This document shows positions 26,400 through 38,200 of a DNA stretch of 64,000 nt, in pieces. This DNA is from a virus. Under the pieces are notes generated by a model, which saw only the letters and a list, made by a program, of their open reading frames with translations, searched no databases and was not told where the DNA came from. The translations under genes and the position numbers were made by a program. Within the stretch, counting starts at the first letter, position 1. Every line of letters begins with the position of its first letter. The DNA is taken from positions 19,920 through 83,919 of IMG/VR virus record IMGVR_UViG_3300025131_008220; one strand, 5' to 3'.

Positions 26400-27611
26400 A
26401 TGCACTTAGTAGAACAATACGCACTCTCCTGCGGTGCAAAAATTACTCGGGCAAAGATAAGGGACAAGTACTGCCCCCTGCCAACAGATAGGTACATAAC
26501 CTTCTCTCCTTTCTCTAAACCCTCAAAGAATTACGACTACTGGAAAGAAGTTTTAGCTATGGCTATTCCCCCTTTAAATCAATTGAAGATAGACTTAGTC
26601 CAACTAGGAGAAAAGTCTGACCCAGCCTATGAAGGCTGTATCGACATGAGAGGCAAAACGTCTATAACACAAGCAGCCTATTTAATTAAACGAGGAATAA
26701 TGCACCTTGGCACAGACTCCTTTGCTACTCATATTGCCTCAGCATACGATAAGAAAATGATAAGCCTTTATTCCCATAGCCCCATTCAGAACTGCGGGCC
26801 ATTCTGGTCTAAAAAGGCCGATATCATACTCTTGGAGTCAAACAGAAAAGGACTGAAGCATTCTTACGCTACAGAAGAGAAGCCTAAGACAATCAACACA
26901 ATAGAGCCAGAGAAGGTGGCCTACTCTATCTTTAAAATGCTAGGCATAAGCACTAACATAAAACACAAGACTGTCCACATAGGTCCCAAATGGAACATGG
27001 AATTCCTTGAGGTTGTCCCGTCTGCAGTTGCAAAGTTTAGCCAAAAAGCACCGAAAGACAGGCACGTTATAAGAATGGACTATCACTTCAATGAAGAAGT
27101 TATGATAGAGCAACTAAAGACTAACCCCGGCCTGATTGTCACAGACAAGCCCCTATCCTTAGACAAGTTAATAAAAGTAAAGGATCTAATAGATCAAGTT
27201 ATTTATTTAATAGAGGATGATTCATTTGATGTTGAGTTCTCGAGGGGCTTAGACAGGGCAAATATTAAAAACTCAGTTTATACAAACTTAGAAGGAGAGT
27301 TTTTAAAAAAGCTTAAATATGATTTGTTAAACTTAAACAAACCCATAGCAACATTGGAGAAAAAGAGTAAAGAGTTAATATATAATCACGAAAAGTATGA
27401 TGTAAAGAATCTAAAATTTAGAAGCCGCAAGTTTGTCATAGAGGGAGACAAGATATTCCCCGGGAAAGCAGCTTATTTTAACAACGTAACAATAGATAAT
27501 TTCAACGCAGATCCAATACCAATCATTAACAAAAAAGACTTTTGGGATGAAATGGATTTCTTTTGGATAACAGAAGATCAAAATCTATCCTTGACTCAGA
27601 AGGTAGTTTAG
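26400..27611 (+). CDS. GT9 (heptosyltransferase-like) C-domain protein with extension
   Basis: KNYDYW, LVQLG, IDMRGKTSITQAAYLIK, HLGTDSFATHIASA; start set at ATG 26400. Confidence 0.7.
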   Translation: MHLVEQYALSCGAKITRAKIRDKYCPLPTDRYITFSPFSKPSKNYDYWKEVLAMAIPPLNQLKIDLVQLGEKSDPAYEGCIDMRGKTSITQAAYLIKRGIMHLGTDSFATHIASAYDKKMISLYSHSPIQNCGPFWSKKADIILLESNRKGLKHSYATEEKPKTINTIEPEKVAYSIFKMLGISTNIKHKTVHIGPKWNMEFLEVVPSAVAKFSQKAPKDRHVIRMDYHFNEEVMIEQLKTNPGLIVTDKPLSLDKLIKVKDLIDQVIYLIEDDSFDVEFSRGLDRANIKNSVYTNLEGEFLKKLKYDLLNLNKPIATLEKKSKELIYNHEKYDVKNLKFRSRKFVIEGDKIFPGKAAYFNNVTIDNFNADPIPIINKKDFWDEMDFFWITEDQNLSLTQKVV

Positions 27612-27619
27612 GGTATCAT
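27591..27619 (+). promoter_or_regulatory. Sigma-70-type promoter, leaderless
   Basis: TTGACT-17 nt-TATCAT; 6 nt to ATG 27626. Confidence 0.7.
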
Positions 27620-27625
27620 TAGTAT

Positions 27626-28336
27626 ATGTCTATAGATCAAAAAACGTTTCAAAGAAACGAAGCAGGGCTTTTAGTTAAACCCCCAATTGACTACGTATTC
27701 AACGAAGACGGCTCCGTTGATTGGAGAAAAATGGTCAGGACAAGCTTTTTAGTAGCCAATAAACAAAGGACAAACCAAACCGATGTATCTCAACTGGAAG
27801 ACAAAGACCTACTTATTCTGCTGGGAGGCATTAAAGAGCTGGCTCAAATTAGAGGTTTTACCCAAGTGAGCTACAACGTGGTAGCCGCAAGCCAAGAGTA
27901 TTTTGCGACTAGCTGCACTATTGAATGGTTACCCAACTACGAAACTAATAACCTCTCTTCGACGTTCTCTGCTTTAGCAGACGCACACCAAGATAATACG
28001 TATAGCTTTGCCTGCAACTTCCTAGCAGCAACGGCGGAAAACAGAGCTTTTGTTCGGTGTGTAAGGAACTTTCTCAGGATTAACGTCGTTGGCCAAGAAG
28101 AGATGGGAGGAGGCCAGAAACAATCAACCTTCACTCAAAAATCTTCTGCCGCAAAGACAGACTCCAATCCCGCCACCCTATTAGAAAAAGTTATGGACAC
28201 AAAGGGGGTATCTTTTGATATGGTCAAATCTCGTTTGCTGGAAGAAGGCTTTAAGAAAGCAGAGTCGTATGATTCAATTAAAGACATACCTAAGACTAAA
28301 ACTTTTGAACTCATAGCTAGACTAAAAAAGATTTAA
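27626..28336 (+). CDS. Rad52/Sak-like single-strand annealing protein (putative)
   Basis: GIKELAQ, three-strand core, AATAENRAFVRCVRNFLRI...EEM helix resembling phage Sak AETRAxxRAL...EEM. Confidence 0.5.
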   Translation: MSIDQKTFQRNEAGLLVKPPIDYVFNEDGSVDWRKMVRTSFLVANKQRTNQTDVSQLEDKDLLILLGGIKELAQIRGFTQVSYNVVAASQEYFATSCTIEWLPNYETNNLSSTFSALADAHQDNTYSFACNFLAATAENRAFVRCVRNFLRINVVGQEEMGGGQKQSTFTQKSSAAKTDSNPATLLEKVMDTKGVSFDMVKSRLLEEGFKKAESYDSIKDIPKTKTFELIARLKKI

Positions 28337-28386
28337 AAAAGACTTGACAAGTGAATAAGTTTTTGTTAGAATAAGTAAAGCAAGAC
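28326..28386 (+). repeat. 61-bp dispersed repeat, copy 2 (promoter TTGACA-17-TAGAAT at 28344-28372)
   Basis: 58/61 identical to the reverse complement of 15179..15239. Confidence 0.9.
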
Positions 28387-28585
28387 GAATTTCCTCTCTC
28401 GACGGAGAGAGGTCGGTGTGACGGAACAATCCCTCCCAAAGGGGTAACGTAGCGACTGCGAGAAGTACAGAGACCAATCGGTTGAGAAAAATCGCGGGTG
28501 AGTCCGAAGTAAGTAGATCTGAAACATTTGTTTTCTGGGTACTGAAAAGGTGCGGGTACACAAATACTCCCGCCACCATTTATTT
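28378..28585 (+). ncRNA. Candidate structured RNA / leader
   Basis: Follows promoter; CCTCTCTC-GACG-GAGAGAGG hairpin (28393-28412), further short stems, terminal GGTGCGGG...CCCGCCACC stem then A/T run; GC-richer than flanks. Confidence 0.55.
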
Positions 28586-28589
28586 TAAT

Positions 28590-28853
28590 ATGGATTATGA
28601 AGAGCTGTGCAAAGCATTTAGAGAAGAAGAGAAGATGAAGACAAAACATTTACAAAAGAAGGCCGCGAAGAAAAAGGTCACGCGAAAGGTAAAGCATGAT
28701 AAGATTGTCATGCGGGATCATGTTCGGCGTCAACTGATGAGGGACGTCGAGTATCAAATCAAACACCTTCGGCAAAGAAACGCAGCCGATTGCGATGTTG
28801 TTGCATTCATCAACAAGAAGTACGCGCAGATACGACAAATAATGTCAGAGTAA
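28590..28853 (+). CDS. Small highly basic hypothetical protein
   Basis: ATG 28590 (alternatively the downstream MKTKHL start); K/R-rich; uses CGN Arg codons that look rare in flanking genes. Confidence 0.55.
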   Translation: MDYEELCKAFREEEKMKTKHLQKKAAKKKVTRKVKHDKIVMRDHVRRQLMRDVEYQIKHLRQRNAADCDVVAFINKKYAQIRQIMSE

Positions 28854-29213
28854 CTACCACTTACCAATAGGGCAAGACTCCTCAGCTAAATAAACCTTCA
28901 GTGGAACAACACAACCGCACTCAGCGCATCTTTGGTTTTCTTTAATAAACCAAGCGCACCCGTGGCATATAGCGGTCCTTTTCTCTATTAGGGACATTTC
29001 CGCTTTTATCTTCTTTCCGGCCACTAAAGCCTTTGCAGTTTTAGAGAGACTCTTAGCTAAGTTAGCCGCCATCTCCTTCTTGCTGGGGAGCTTCTTTTTG
29101 TCCAGCTTTATAAAATCTTTTTTTAAAGAACCCCTTTTTCTTCCAGAACTATTCGTTTGAGTAGACCCAATTGGTTCGATATAAGACCCTCCTGAAAAAT
29201 TTTTTAAACTCAT
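28854..29213 (-). CDS. Cys-rich small phage protein (DUF6171-like)
   Basis: ICHGC...CAECGC...K....ESCPIGKW. Confidence 0.65.
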   Translation of the reverse strand: MSLKNFSGGSYIEPIGSTQTNSSGRKRGSLKKDFIKLDKKKLPSKKEMAANLAKSLSKTAKALVAGKKIKAEMSLIEKRTAICHGCAWFIKENQRCAECGCVVPLKVYLAEESCPIGKW

Positions 29214-32200
29214 TTTTTTAAATCAAAAACCAGAGGATCGTTGCTAACTTTTAATGTTTTTATTTGTCCCGGGTAGCAGTAATGAATACAAGGCCCCATG
29301 TATGCCGTCTTTCCGTACCCCTTTATGCCTTTTCTAACGGCATACAGATACTCGTTAGCGCCGTAAACAGCCATAGCCAAGTCAAACTCAGGCTCAACCT
29401 TAAAAGTTCCTTTCGCGGGAACTTGTACAATAGAAGATGACTCCGCATAAGTCTCTTGAGGCCCTATGACATCATCTCCCTCACTTAAATCAAACAAGTC
29501 TTCATAACTATGGGTAACATTGTAGGTGCTTGAAGCTCCACCTTCGCAAAGGCTATGCCTTCCATTTCTTTTATAAACTTCCCCTATTTTAGTCTCTTCA
29601 CATGTAGACCTACCCTCTACAAGGGAGCACCTTAGCTTAGATTCCTCTGGTCTATATTTTTCCTTTAAGCCAACAGGCAGACTCCTAGTGAAATCTGGAG
29701 AAGCAACAACTTCATACTCAGTCCAAACCTTTACTGTTCTTAAAAACGCGGATAAGAAAGGCTTATCTCTGGTCTGACAACCAAAAACTATTTGATTGGA
29801 GTACCCAGCCCTTATATATTCAGAGCCCCTTATATCAACCAACACGCCACCTTCAACCGGATCAAATTGGGTGCCATCAACTGTAGAATTTCCTAAAGAG
29901 GAGTCTTTAACAGGAGGGCGTAGAGGCCAAAGCTCGCTGCTTACATCAAATACCTCACTTTTGTAAACAAGCTCTCCCCCGTAGGCGTAAGCTCTTCTGT
30001 TAATTGGGGTAGGCAAAGGGAGACCTTCTGTTTTAATAGGGTGATCGCCATACTCCATGGGAGGATTACAGTAGACACCCAATTTCTTAGGTATATTTAC
30101 ATTATTTGGCAATCCAATACTCTTAGGAGTTCTAGGGTCATCCTCATCTTTTTTGAATTTCTTGGCCTCTGGAGTATCTCTTAACTCTTCGTCTACATCT
30201 TCCCATATCGGGCTTCCGAGATCAGCGTCGTAGTCTGTTATATTCTTAAGATCCCCTGAATTACCCCCATCACTTTCGAACGCAGAAAAATGAGCCACTT
30301 TAACTTCATTGGAGTCGGGATCAAGATAAACTATATAATTTATTCTAGACTTGTTCTCATAAGTTAAATAATCATATTCATCATCCCCCATACCCCAGCT
30401 GGAATCGGCATCCCCTGCAGAATCGAGATTTGGAAAGGTCAGTCCAGCCATATCTGGATTATTTATATATCTATATTCAACCTGACTGAACCTCCTTACC
30501 TTTGCATATAAAGGAGCTTCTACTCGTATTTTATGCATAAAGTTAACAGCTCTAGCGTAAGTATTGAAAACCTCTGCAGTAATAGCAGCTCCCGGCAATA
30601 TACCAAAAGACTGAGGCAAGGATGGGTTATCCTCCCTAGAGAAAGAACTTATCCAAGGAGTCGTCTTACTAGCTATTTCGTTGTTTACGACCCTATACTC
30701 TACTATAGATGAGTTATTCGCTAAAGCCCAAGCTTCTCCGGGATCAACGTCCGGATAAACCTCATACTGAATGAACGGCTTATCACTTCCGGGCTGATAC
30801 TTAACCTCTACAGACCTGTTGCTAACAGAAGAAGAGTCCGTCTGGTCCTCCTGAAACAAGCCATCTACATACTCATTCTCTGTCCCCTTTATTTCCGAAA
30901 TCTCGTCGGGCATAGATCTTCCATAATTCTGAGAACCCTTTATTTGTTCTATAGAGGAAGTAGCAAAGTTTTTTATTTTTATAATCCTGTCGGCCTGAGC
31001 CTGTATGTCTCCCCATTCTTTATCATCTTCCGAGGAACCCTTCATAAAATCAACAGAGCCCCTGTTGACACTTTCACTCAACTCCTCGTACTCTGTGTAA
31101 TCAGCTATTTTCTCTGTGTCCTCATAAGTCAACCCGAACTCTTCCTGCTCTTCCTTAGGTAGCGAAGACTCGTTTCCTGTTATAGTTGCTTTATACAGCT
31201 GCAAACCGGGCACATCGGTAATTGATATCCGGTCAAGACCCCTTTCTTTATTAGGGGAGCCAGCAAGATTAGCTATCTTTAAGTTATGTATAATGATAGG
31301 AGTCACATCAGATCTATACTGCTCTACTTTAACTGTCTTAAGTCCATCAACATCGGCATAGCCAGTACCAGCATTGATTACTTCTATAAATTTTAATTTT
31401 CCGTTTTCTATTATGGAGCTAGCCTGAGCTTTCCTAAAGTGAGACGGCTTTTTATCTGGTTCTGCTATTGAGATAGTCGGAGGAGTCCTATAATTATCTC
31501 CGGAATCACTTATCATAACCTTAGATATGCCCCCTCGATTAATAGGGTCTTTATAGTTAGCCCTCATATTATGTTCTAAGTTAAACATATACAGCCTCGA
31601 GCAAGGAAGGGTTAAGTCTACGTTCCTATTATGTTTTTTAAAATCAAAGGTTCCGAACTTAACCAAACCACTTTCCGGAAAAGATACCGACTTCTTGATG
31701 TCAGGATTTTCAACCATACTCAAAGAGTGCTGGTATAGATCTATTTCTTCGTTAAGTACACCGTCTCCAGACAAGTCTGAGTCATATATAATAGACCTCC
31801 ACTTGAAAGGTAGCCTCATTGGAGATATTTGTTTTTCTTTAGACTGCCATAACTCTTGGCTATCTTTGTCTTTATAGCTTATGTCTACGCCAGTTATGAC
31901 TATCCTATATTTCTTACTGGCGTCTATGCCCTCCCTTTCTATGGAAAATTTGTTCCCTTTATGGCTTAAACCCTCCTCTACACTGCTCCAACTTACCCCA
32001 TCAGAGCTATTTTCTAAGTCGTAGCGAATGCGAACTGGTTTAGTTCTCTGCTTCTCTTCTAATCCCCCAAAGCCATCTGCAAAGCCATCCCAAAAATCAG
32101 TAATATGAAAATCTAAACTACTGCGCCCCGGAGCGACATTAACATAAGGATATATATATTTACATACCGCAGGCATACCCATATCGAAAAACAAATCTGC

Positions 32201-35200
32201 AGTAAAATCTTTACTAGAAGATATAGGAGCGACATGTTCATCAAGCCTTGAAAGCCCTGAAGCAGTAAGTTGTTCACCCTTCTGGGAGTTAGATAGAAGT
32301 GAGGCGTGACCTTCTGTGTCGTAAGACTCATAGACTTGTTTAAATTGGTCTCTGAACCCCTTATTTAACATAGGTATTTGATAATCAAAGTAAGGGGAGC
32401 CAACTAAATCTTCCCCATTGTCCCCATCTGTCTCGGCAGGATAATCAATGATACAATCCGCTTCCTCAACTATACATAGATTTTCAAAAACTTTATTTCT
32501 CAGAAAGTTTCCGGCTGCCCCCACTGATTTAGATGTTCGGGCCTCTGGCCCAAGCGTTTCTGGTGTATCTTCGGCAACATCATAATTTAAAACAACCTTC
32601 AGATCCTCATTTGTATTAAAGATCACGCCAGAAGTACTAAGGTTAAGCAGAGGATCATCTTCATTGAATATAACGCTACCATTTAAAGTAATAGATTTAA
32701 TATCACTACTCTTCTTATATATGTATCTGTATCCTTGTTTAGTATTTAACTTTATATTCAATGTTACAGTTTTATCAGAATCAGAATTTGTATAGCTAAC
32801 TCTTTCTATTTGAGTATTAGATCTATATAATAAATTTTTCCAAGAAGAGAATATATTAAAACTTTCACTTGTCCAATGAGACGCCGGAATTGCTGTATAA
32901 TCAGGATCCAACCCTGTTACTGTTCCGTAGCCGAGGCCGCCGTAAGTTTCTCCATGCCAGTGCTTAGCTGCGGTAGAGAGTTCTAAATTAGCCCTTATCT
33001 TATTCCCATCTAAGACATTATTAGTTGCCCAAGAGTCTACCCTCTCGCTGGATATTTCACTAAGCGGTGGCTCTAGATAGAAAGTCCTAGACCCTATCAC
33101 AATTGGGGAATTTAATGAGGTTACAGGGCTGTCAGAATCAGGTTGTCCGTAAACGGAGTCATCACCAAGGCAAGATTTTACAGATCTATAAGTCCCATCG
33201 TCTTCTGTTTCTAGATCAAAATAATTTACCACCTTAAATACTTGACCGGGTAATTCATTATTTGGATCAGCAGATGACACAGTATCCTCTATATCCGCAT
33301 CCACCTTATTAAAGGAATCAAGATTTGAGTCTGAGCTAAATATTTTTAATAAAGTTATAGTATTTTTTGTTTCGTTACCGCTAGTGGCCTGACTAGTAAC
33401 CCTAGCAAAATAAGGCTTACCGCCAACTATGGAGCCTTTGCTATTTTTAAATACAATTGCGTCTCCATTTGAAATTGCTCCCCTAATTACAAGCTGGTTA
33501 CTACTTAAATAGGCGTCGCCTTTATCAGAACTAGTAGCACCTATGGTCCTCCAATTTCTATTTTCACCAGAGAACCTCAAAACCCCTCCCGGCCTATATA
33601 TATCGTGGTAAGATATAGAGCTAACCTCTGTGTCTAAATAATATTTTAACCCAGCAGTCTCGCTCTCATTAGTTAGATACGAACCTATCTGATAATCTTT
33701 CTTTAGATTTTCAAATACAAGCTTCCTCTCCGTAAGCTTTTTAAGCCTAAGCCTGATAGCCTTGTAAGCCTGCTTCCCCTTGGATGTGTTATAAGAAAGG
33801 CCAAGTTGCTCCCTCGTGTCACCACCGTTGATGCCGAAAGGAATAAAAGAATAGCCTTGATGATTTTTTAAACTTTTTCTTCTGTCTCTTTCTGCTATAG
33901 CGAGAGTCTTTGTTATACCTGAGTCATGAGTACCCCCACCTTCTCTCATCGCATATTCCTGACCCTCATTAGTGTTAAAATCAAGATTTAAACTGCTTAT
34001 AGTTCCATCTGCTACAAAAGGCAAAGAGTCTCTGGCTCCTAAAGAGATAGACAACACGACTTTACCTGTATTATTAGTAAAAGACAGGCTGCTTTTTATT
34101 TCGTATTCGTATCCGGGGCTATCTATCTTGTTGTCTTCAAACTTTACCCTAAGCACGTAGTCTTTGTCAGTAGAATTATCTTTGTTTGTCCACGTGACGT
34201 CAGAAAAGCTTTCAGAAAAATCCAAGTCTGGATCTTTTGGTATTTTAAATTCAAAATAATCCTTCTTAAAAGCGCCTTCTATATCTTTTAATTTTTTGCC
34301 TTGTATTAGTTCATAAGAGGCTCCATTAGCTACTTTGTTACTAATCCTGCCATTTAAGAAATTCTCTTTTTGATAATCTTCCGACACCTTGGTCCAAGTA
34401 GGATCAACGTAATCATCATCTTCAGTCTTGTTAGCTATCTCCTCGTTTAGAGCTTCAGTCTCTTTTTCTACTATATCTTTTATAGCCAAATCCGACTCAT
34501 CAACTCCTTCTGCTTTAAATAAAGAAGCTTTCACTACTGCGAAATAATTATAATGTATTTGATAGTTTTCCTTACCTGCGACTCCTATAAATTTTTCTCC
34601 GGGCCAGTAGCTTTTGCCATTATACCAAATTACCGGAAAGAATTCCTTAGACACTACATCGGTGTACTTATGTGAGCCGTAAGCAGTGCCGCCCGGTGCA
34701 CCCCTTACGGCTGTTGGAGCAAAGTCGTACTTTACAGGAACAGTCTCATCCCCAATCTGATAATATCCATCGAAATCTTCTAGTATGTAATACTTGCCAC
34801 TCTCTATACCAGAGACGGTAACTAACCCTGTTCTTTCGTTAAACTCCTTGGAGTAACAGATTCTTTCGTGTCCAGTACTAATGGAGTAGCCTATTGTTCT
34901 TGCTGGCATATCCCAAGAGATCTTAAGGCCATTTAATATATAATCAGACGAGTCCTTATCGTAGTAAATCTCCTTGCGTTCGATGCCATAGTCTAATAGA
35001 CTGGAAGCAGAGTCCTTCTTATCTCCATATAAGACCACGCCAAATTTATAGGGATTGTCGAAATTGCTAATAGACTCGTAGCCGGAAAGCCCATCACTCT
35101 CTATAAACGGCGGGGAAGGCCAGTGAAGATTAGTCCTAAATATGTTGGAAAACTTATATCTAGTCCCAACATAGTTAACATTAAAAGACTCTTTCTTTTT

Positions 35201-38200
35201 AATAATCCATTCTGCGTTTTGTTCTTCTTCATTAAAATAATTTGGATCTTTTTGTAAATGAGGAATATGAACATCTTTCAAGCTAATAAACCAATCTCTT
35301 CTATTAAACCTTGGACATAGATTATAGTCAAGCTCCTCTGAATTGGTAAACGCAGTTTTTTCTGATGAGTATATTTTATTGATTTTTCCGCCAGCTGTAA
35401 TATTGACGGCTTTACTGGAGGCATTTATTATCTTTAGCCCATCAACAGTTCCCGTATACTCTATGTCTGCTGGCTGAGTTATTACGGTTACTTTGTTCTT
35501 AGTGCTTATAAAATGTTTTGGCCTAAGCATGTCTATCTGCCGTCCCTCTAGCTCATCTTCAGTTAGATCATCAACCATCAGAGCTCTCATAGATTTATTA
35601 GCAGGCAAAGACCCCACTCCATCGGATTCAAAATCCTCTATTCTTAATTTATTTTCAAATATCCGGCACTGACTATTAGATATGTTACCTATCAGAGTGT
35701 TATCTTTTTTAGCCGAGTATATGATATCAAAGGGATCTTTAAATATTACTATTTTGCCGTCATAAAATGGTTTATTTAAATAAAAGTTTTTATAAAGAGT
35801 CGTCTCTTCAAAGGCTGCATCTCCTCCTTTCGCTACCTCAGTATAGCTTTGTAGTTCTGTTACGGTTGGATCACCTGTTCCTTCCTGAGCGCACGAGATC
35901 ATGATCTTGCATTTAGTGGAGCCAGTTAATAGGTCAACTTCGTAATCGTTTTCATCCCCTCCCATGTCTTTGAAATTATTATCATTTGAATCTAATTTTC
36001 TTAAATTGACAGGGCTCCTGTCTTTATTGTACAGACAAAATTCAGTTCTCTGATCGTGCTTAAAGATATAATCATAATATCTATTAGATAAAACAACCTT
36101 GTCTTTAACAGACTCATCTAATATAAACTCAAACATGTTGCAAACAGGAATCTTTATTTCCATTTTGCTTGATAAAGATGGATCAAATTTTACTGGTTTT
36201 GAATGAGATATATCTATCCTATCATCATACTTATTATATAGAGCATAATTAGTACTCCATTTTTTGAGCCTAGATAGATCCGGAGTAAAACCACCTCTTT
36301 GAAGCTTTGAGTCAACGCTTGACCAAATGATAAGCGGCACAAAAGTAGTAGTAAAATAAGCATCGTCCGTTACGTTGAATGCTTTTACGTTTTCAGCGTC
36401 AAAAAGAACGACTTTATCCTTGTGAATTGAAGCTGATATCTCCACAGCTCCATCTTTTAAAGTGTGCAGCTTCACGTTTCTGTTGTCGCTATCTATAATA
36501 TAATTTTCTGACGAGTCTACTTTAAAATCACAGTAAGCATAAGCAGGTATAGCATAGGTAGATGCCCCTTCTATTGTCTTTGAGGCATTATAGTTTTTAA
36601 CATGGAAAGGGGACTTGCTGTTGTTTATTATTTTTATAGAACCAACATCCTTATGTATAGCTAAAGCCCCTGAAACTGAATTTTGCTTCGAAGTTATGAA
36701 AACCCCAGAGTCAGAGGAGAAAATAGCATTACTTAAAGTAACCACCTCTACACCATCATCGTCACCAGTCACATCACTAAAGGCACCATCGCTATACTTG
36801 ATCTTTTTAGCTGCCCCCGCAGCAATAGTAGCATTAGCAAACACAGAGGCCCCCTCAGGACAAGAGAGAACGGATGAATTTCTAGAAGCATTCACTACCG
36901 TAAAATAGATATTATTAAGTTCGAGCATATCCTGCCTAGAAGGTAAAGAGATGTTTTGTTGATCAGCAAAGACATGTTTAAACGTTGACCCTTCTGCGAC
37001 GCCGATATCCAAAGACACAGACTTCTCTTTTAAAAGACGGACATTAGAGCCTATCTTTCCGTTCTCGTCTTTTGTATCATTTAGCGTTATCTGATACGGG
37101 TTATACTCATTAGCTAGCGGCTGCATCTTATTTTCGTCATCAAAGAAAAACCCAAAAGGCCCGGTAAAGCTACCTAATTCGGAAGTCATAACATCTTGTA
37201 TGCCAAGACTCAAGACTTTATTTTTATTTAAGTAGTTAGCAGTATCAGTCTGCGATATATATGGCGAGCCAATGCCAAAGTCGGCATCCCCATCCAAACT
37301 TAACAAATAGTAACCCTCTTCCTCCGTCTCCTCAGGAAAGTACGATAAAATTTTAGCAGCTATTGAGTTTTTCTTATCGTCACTCAGATTGTTAGAGCCA
37401 GCATCTACAGCAACGACAGAAGATATTTTGATGTTTTCATAAACAGTATTTATTATATTTATGTTGCTAACGTTTTCTGCACCAAACCCAACAATCTTAT
37501 AATATTCACTATCAGAAGTCAAATCTATCTCTTCGTTTTTAGATAGCGTATAGGCTTCTTCAACAAGAGACTTTAGGTTTATCTCTTCTGCATCTGACGA
37601 GGTTATTTTATCATAATAAACATATAAAGATAAAGAGAGCTGCTTTCCGAACACATGATAGTCTATGGAGCTATCTAAAGACGTAGAAGAGTGGTTTATG
37701 TTAAAGACTGACTGTTCGTCGTCTACAGCAGATATATGCCTAAAGTAATAAGGGTTGTCGTCTGGGTAAACACTAAAGTTATCAAGCTCAACAGAATACG
37801 CTACCATGGGGTGAAGCTTGCCGTCCCTATAAAGTTCCGACTCTTCGTTAAGGTCACTAACAATTCCCGGATTATATGAATTATCGTCTCCTTCCACGGA
37901 GATTAACAAAGAAGACGTAGATATATTTGCTATTTGAAAATTAAAATATTCTGAGGCGCTGATTGGCCTAAAGATTTGATTTTCTCCAGTCCCATTTAAA
38001 TAATGCCCTGATCCATCCGCCTTATATAAGTAAGGACGCAAGAAATTAGGCTGGCTATCTACAACTATCTTCTTTCCGTTGTGAGTATCGTAGTCAAGAA
38101 TTATATCTCCCTCTCGGGATATGCTGTACCTATCTCTCTTACTTTTTGTTTTTTCGTAATTACGATATAACTTTCCGTCGCTAACTATAACAGAATCAGA

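Noticed and set aside
28455-28520. ACAGAGACCAA resembles a group I intron R element
   Set aside because: No matching S element/P7 partner and no interrupted gene on either side
28317-28649. Overlapping short minus-strand ORFs and the TTG-28482 extension
   Set aside because: They overlap a promoter and hairpin-rich region and have no recognisable features; ATG 28590 is the more plausible start
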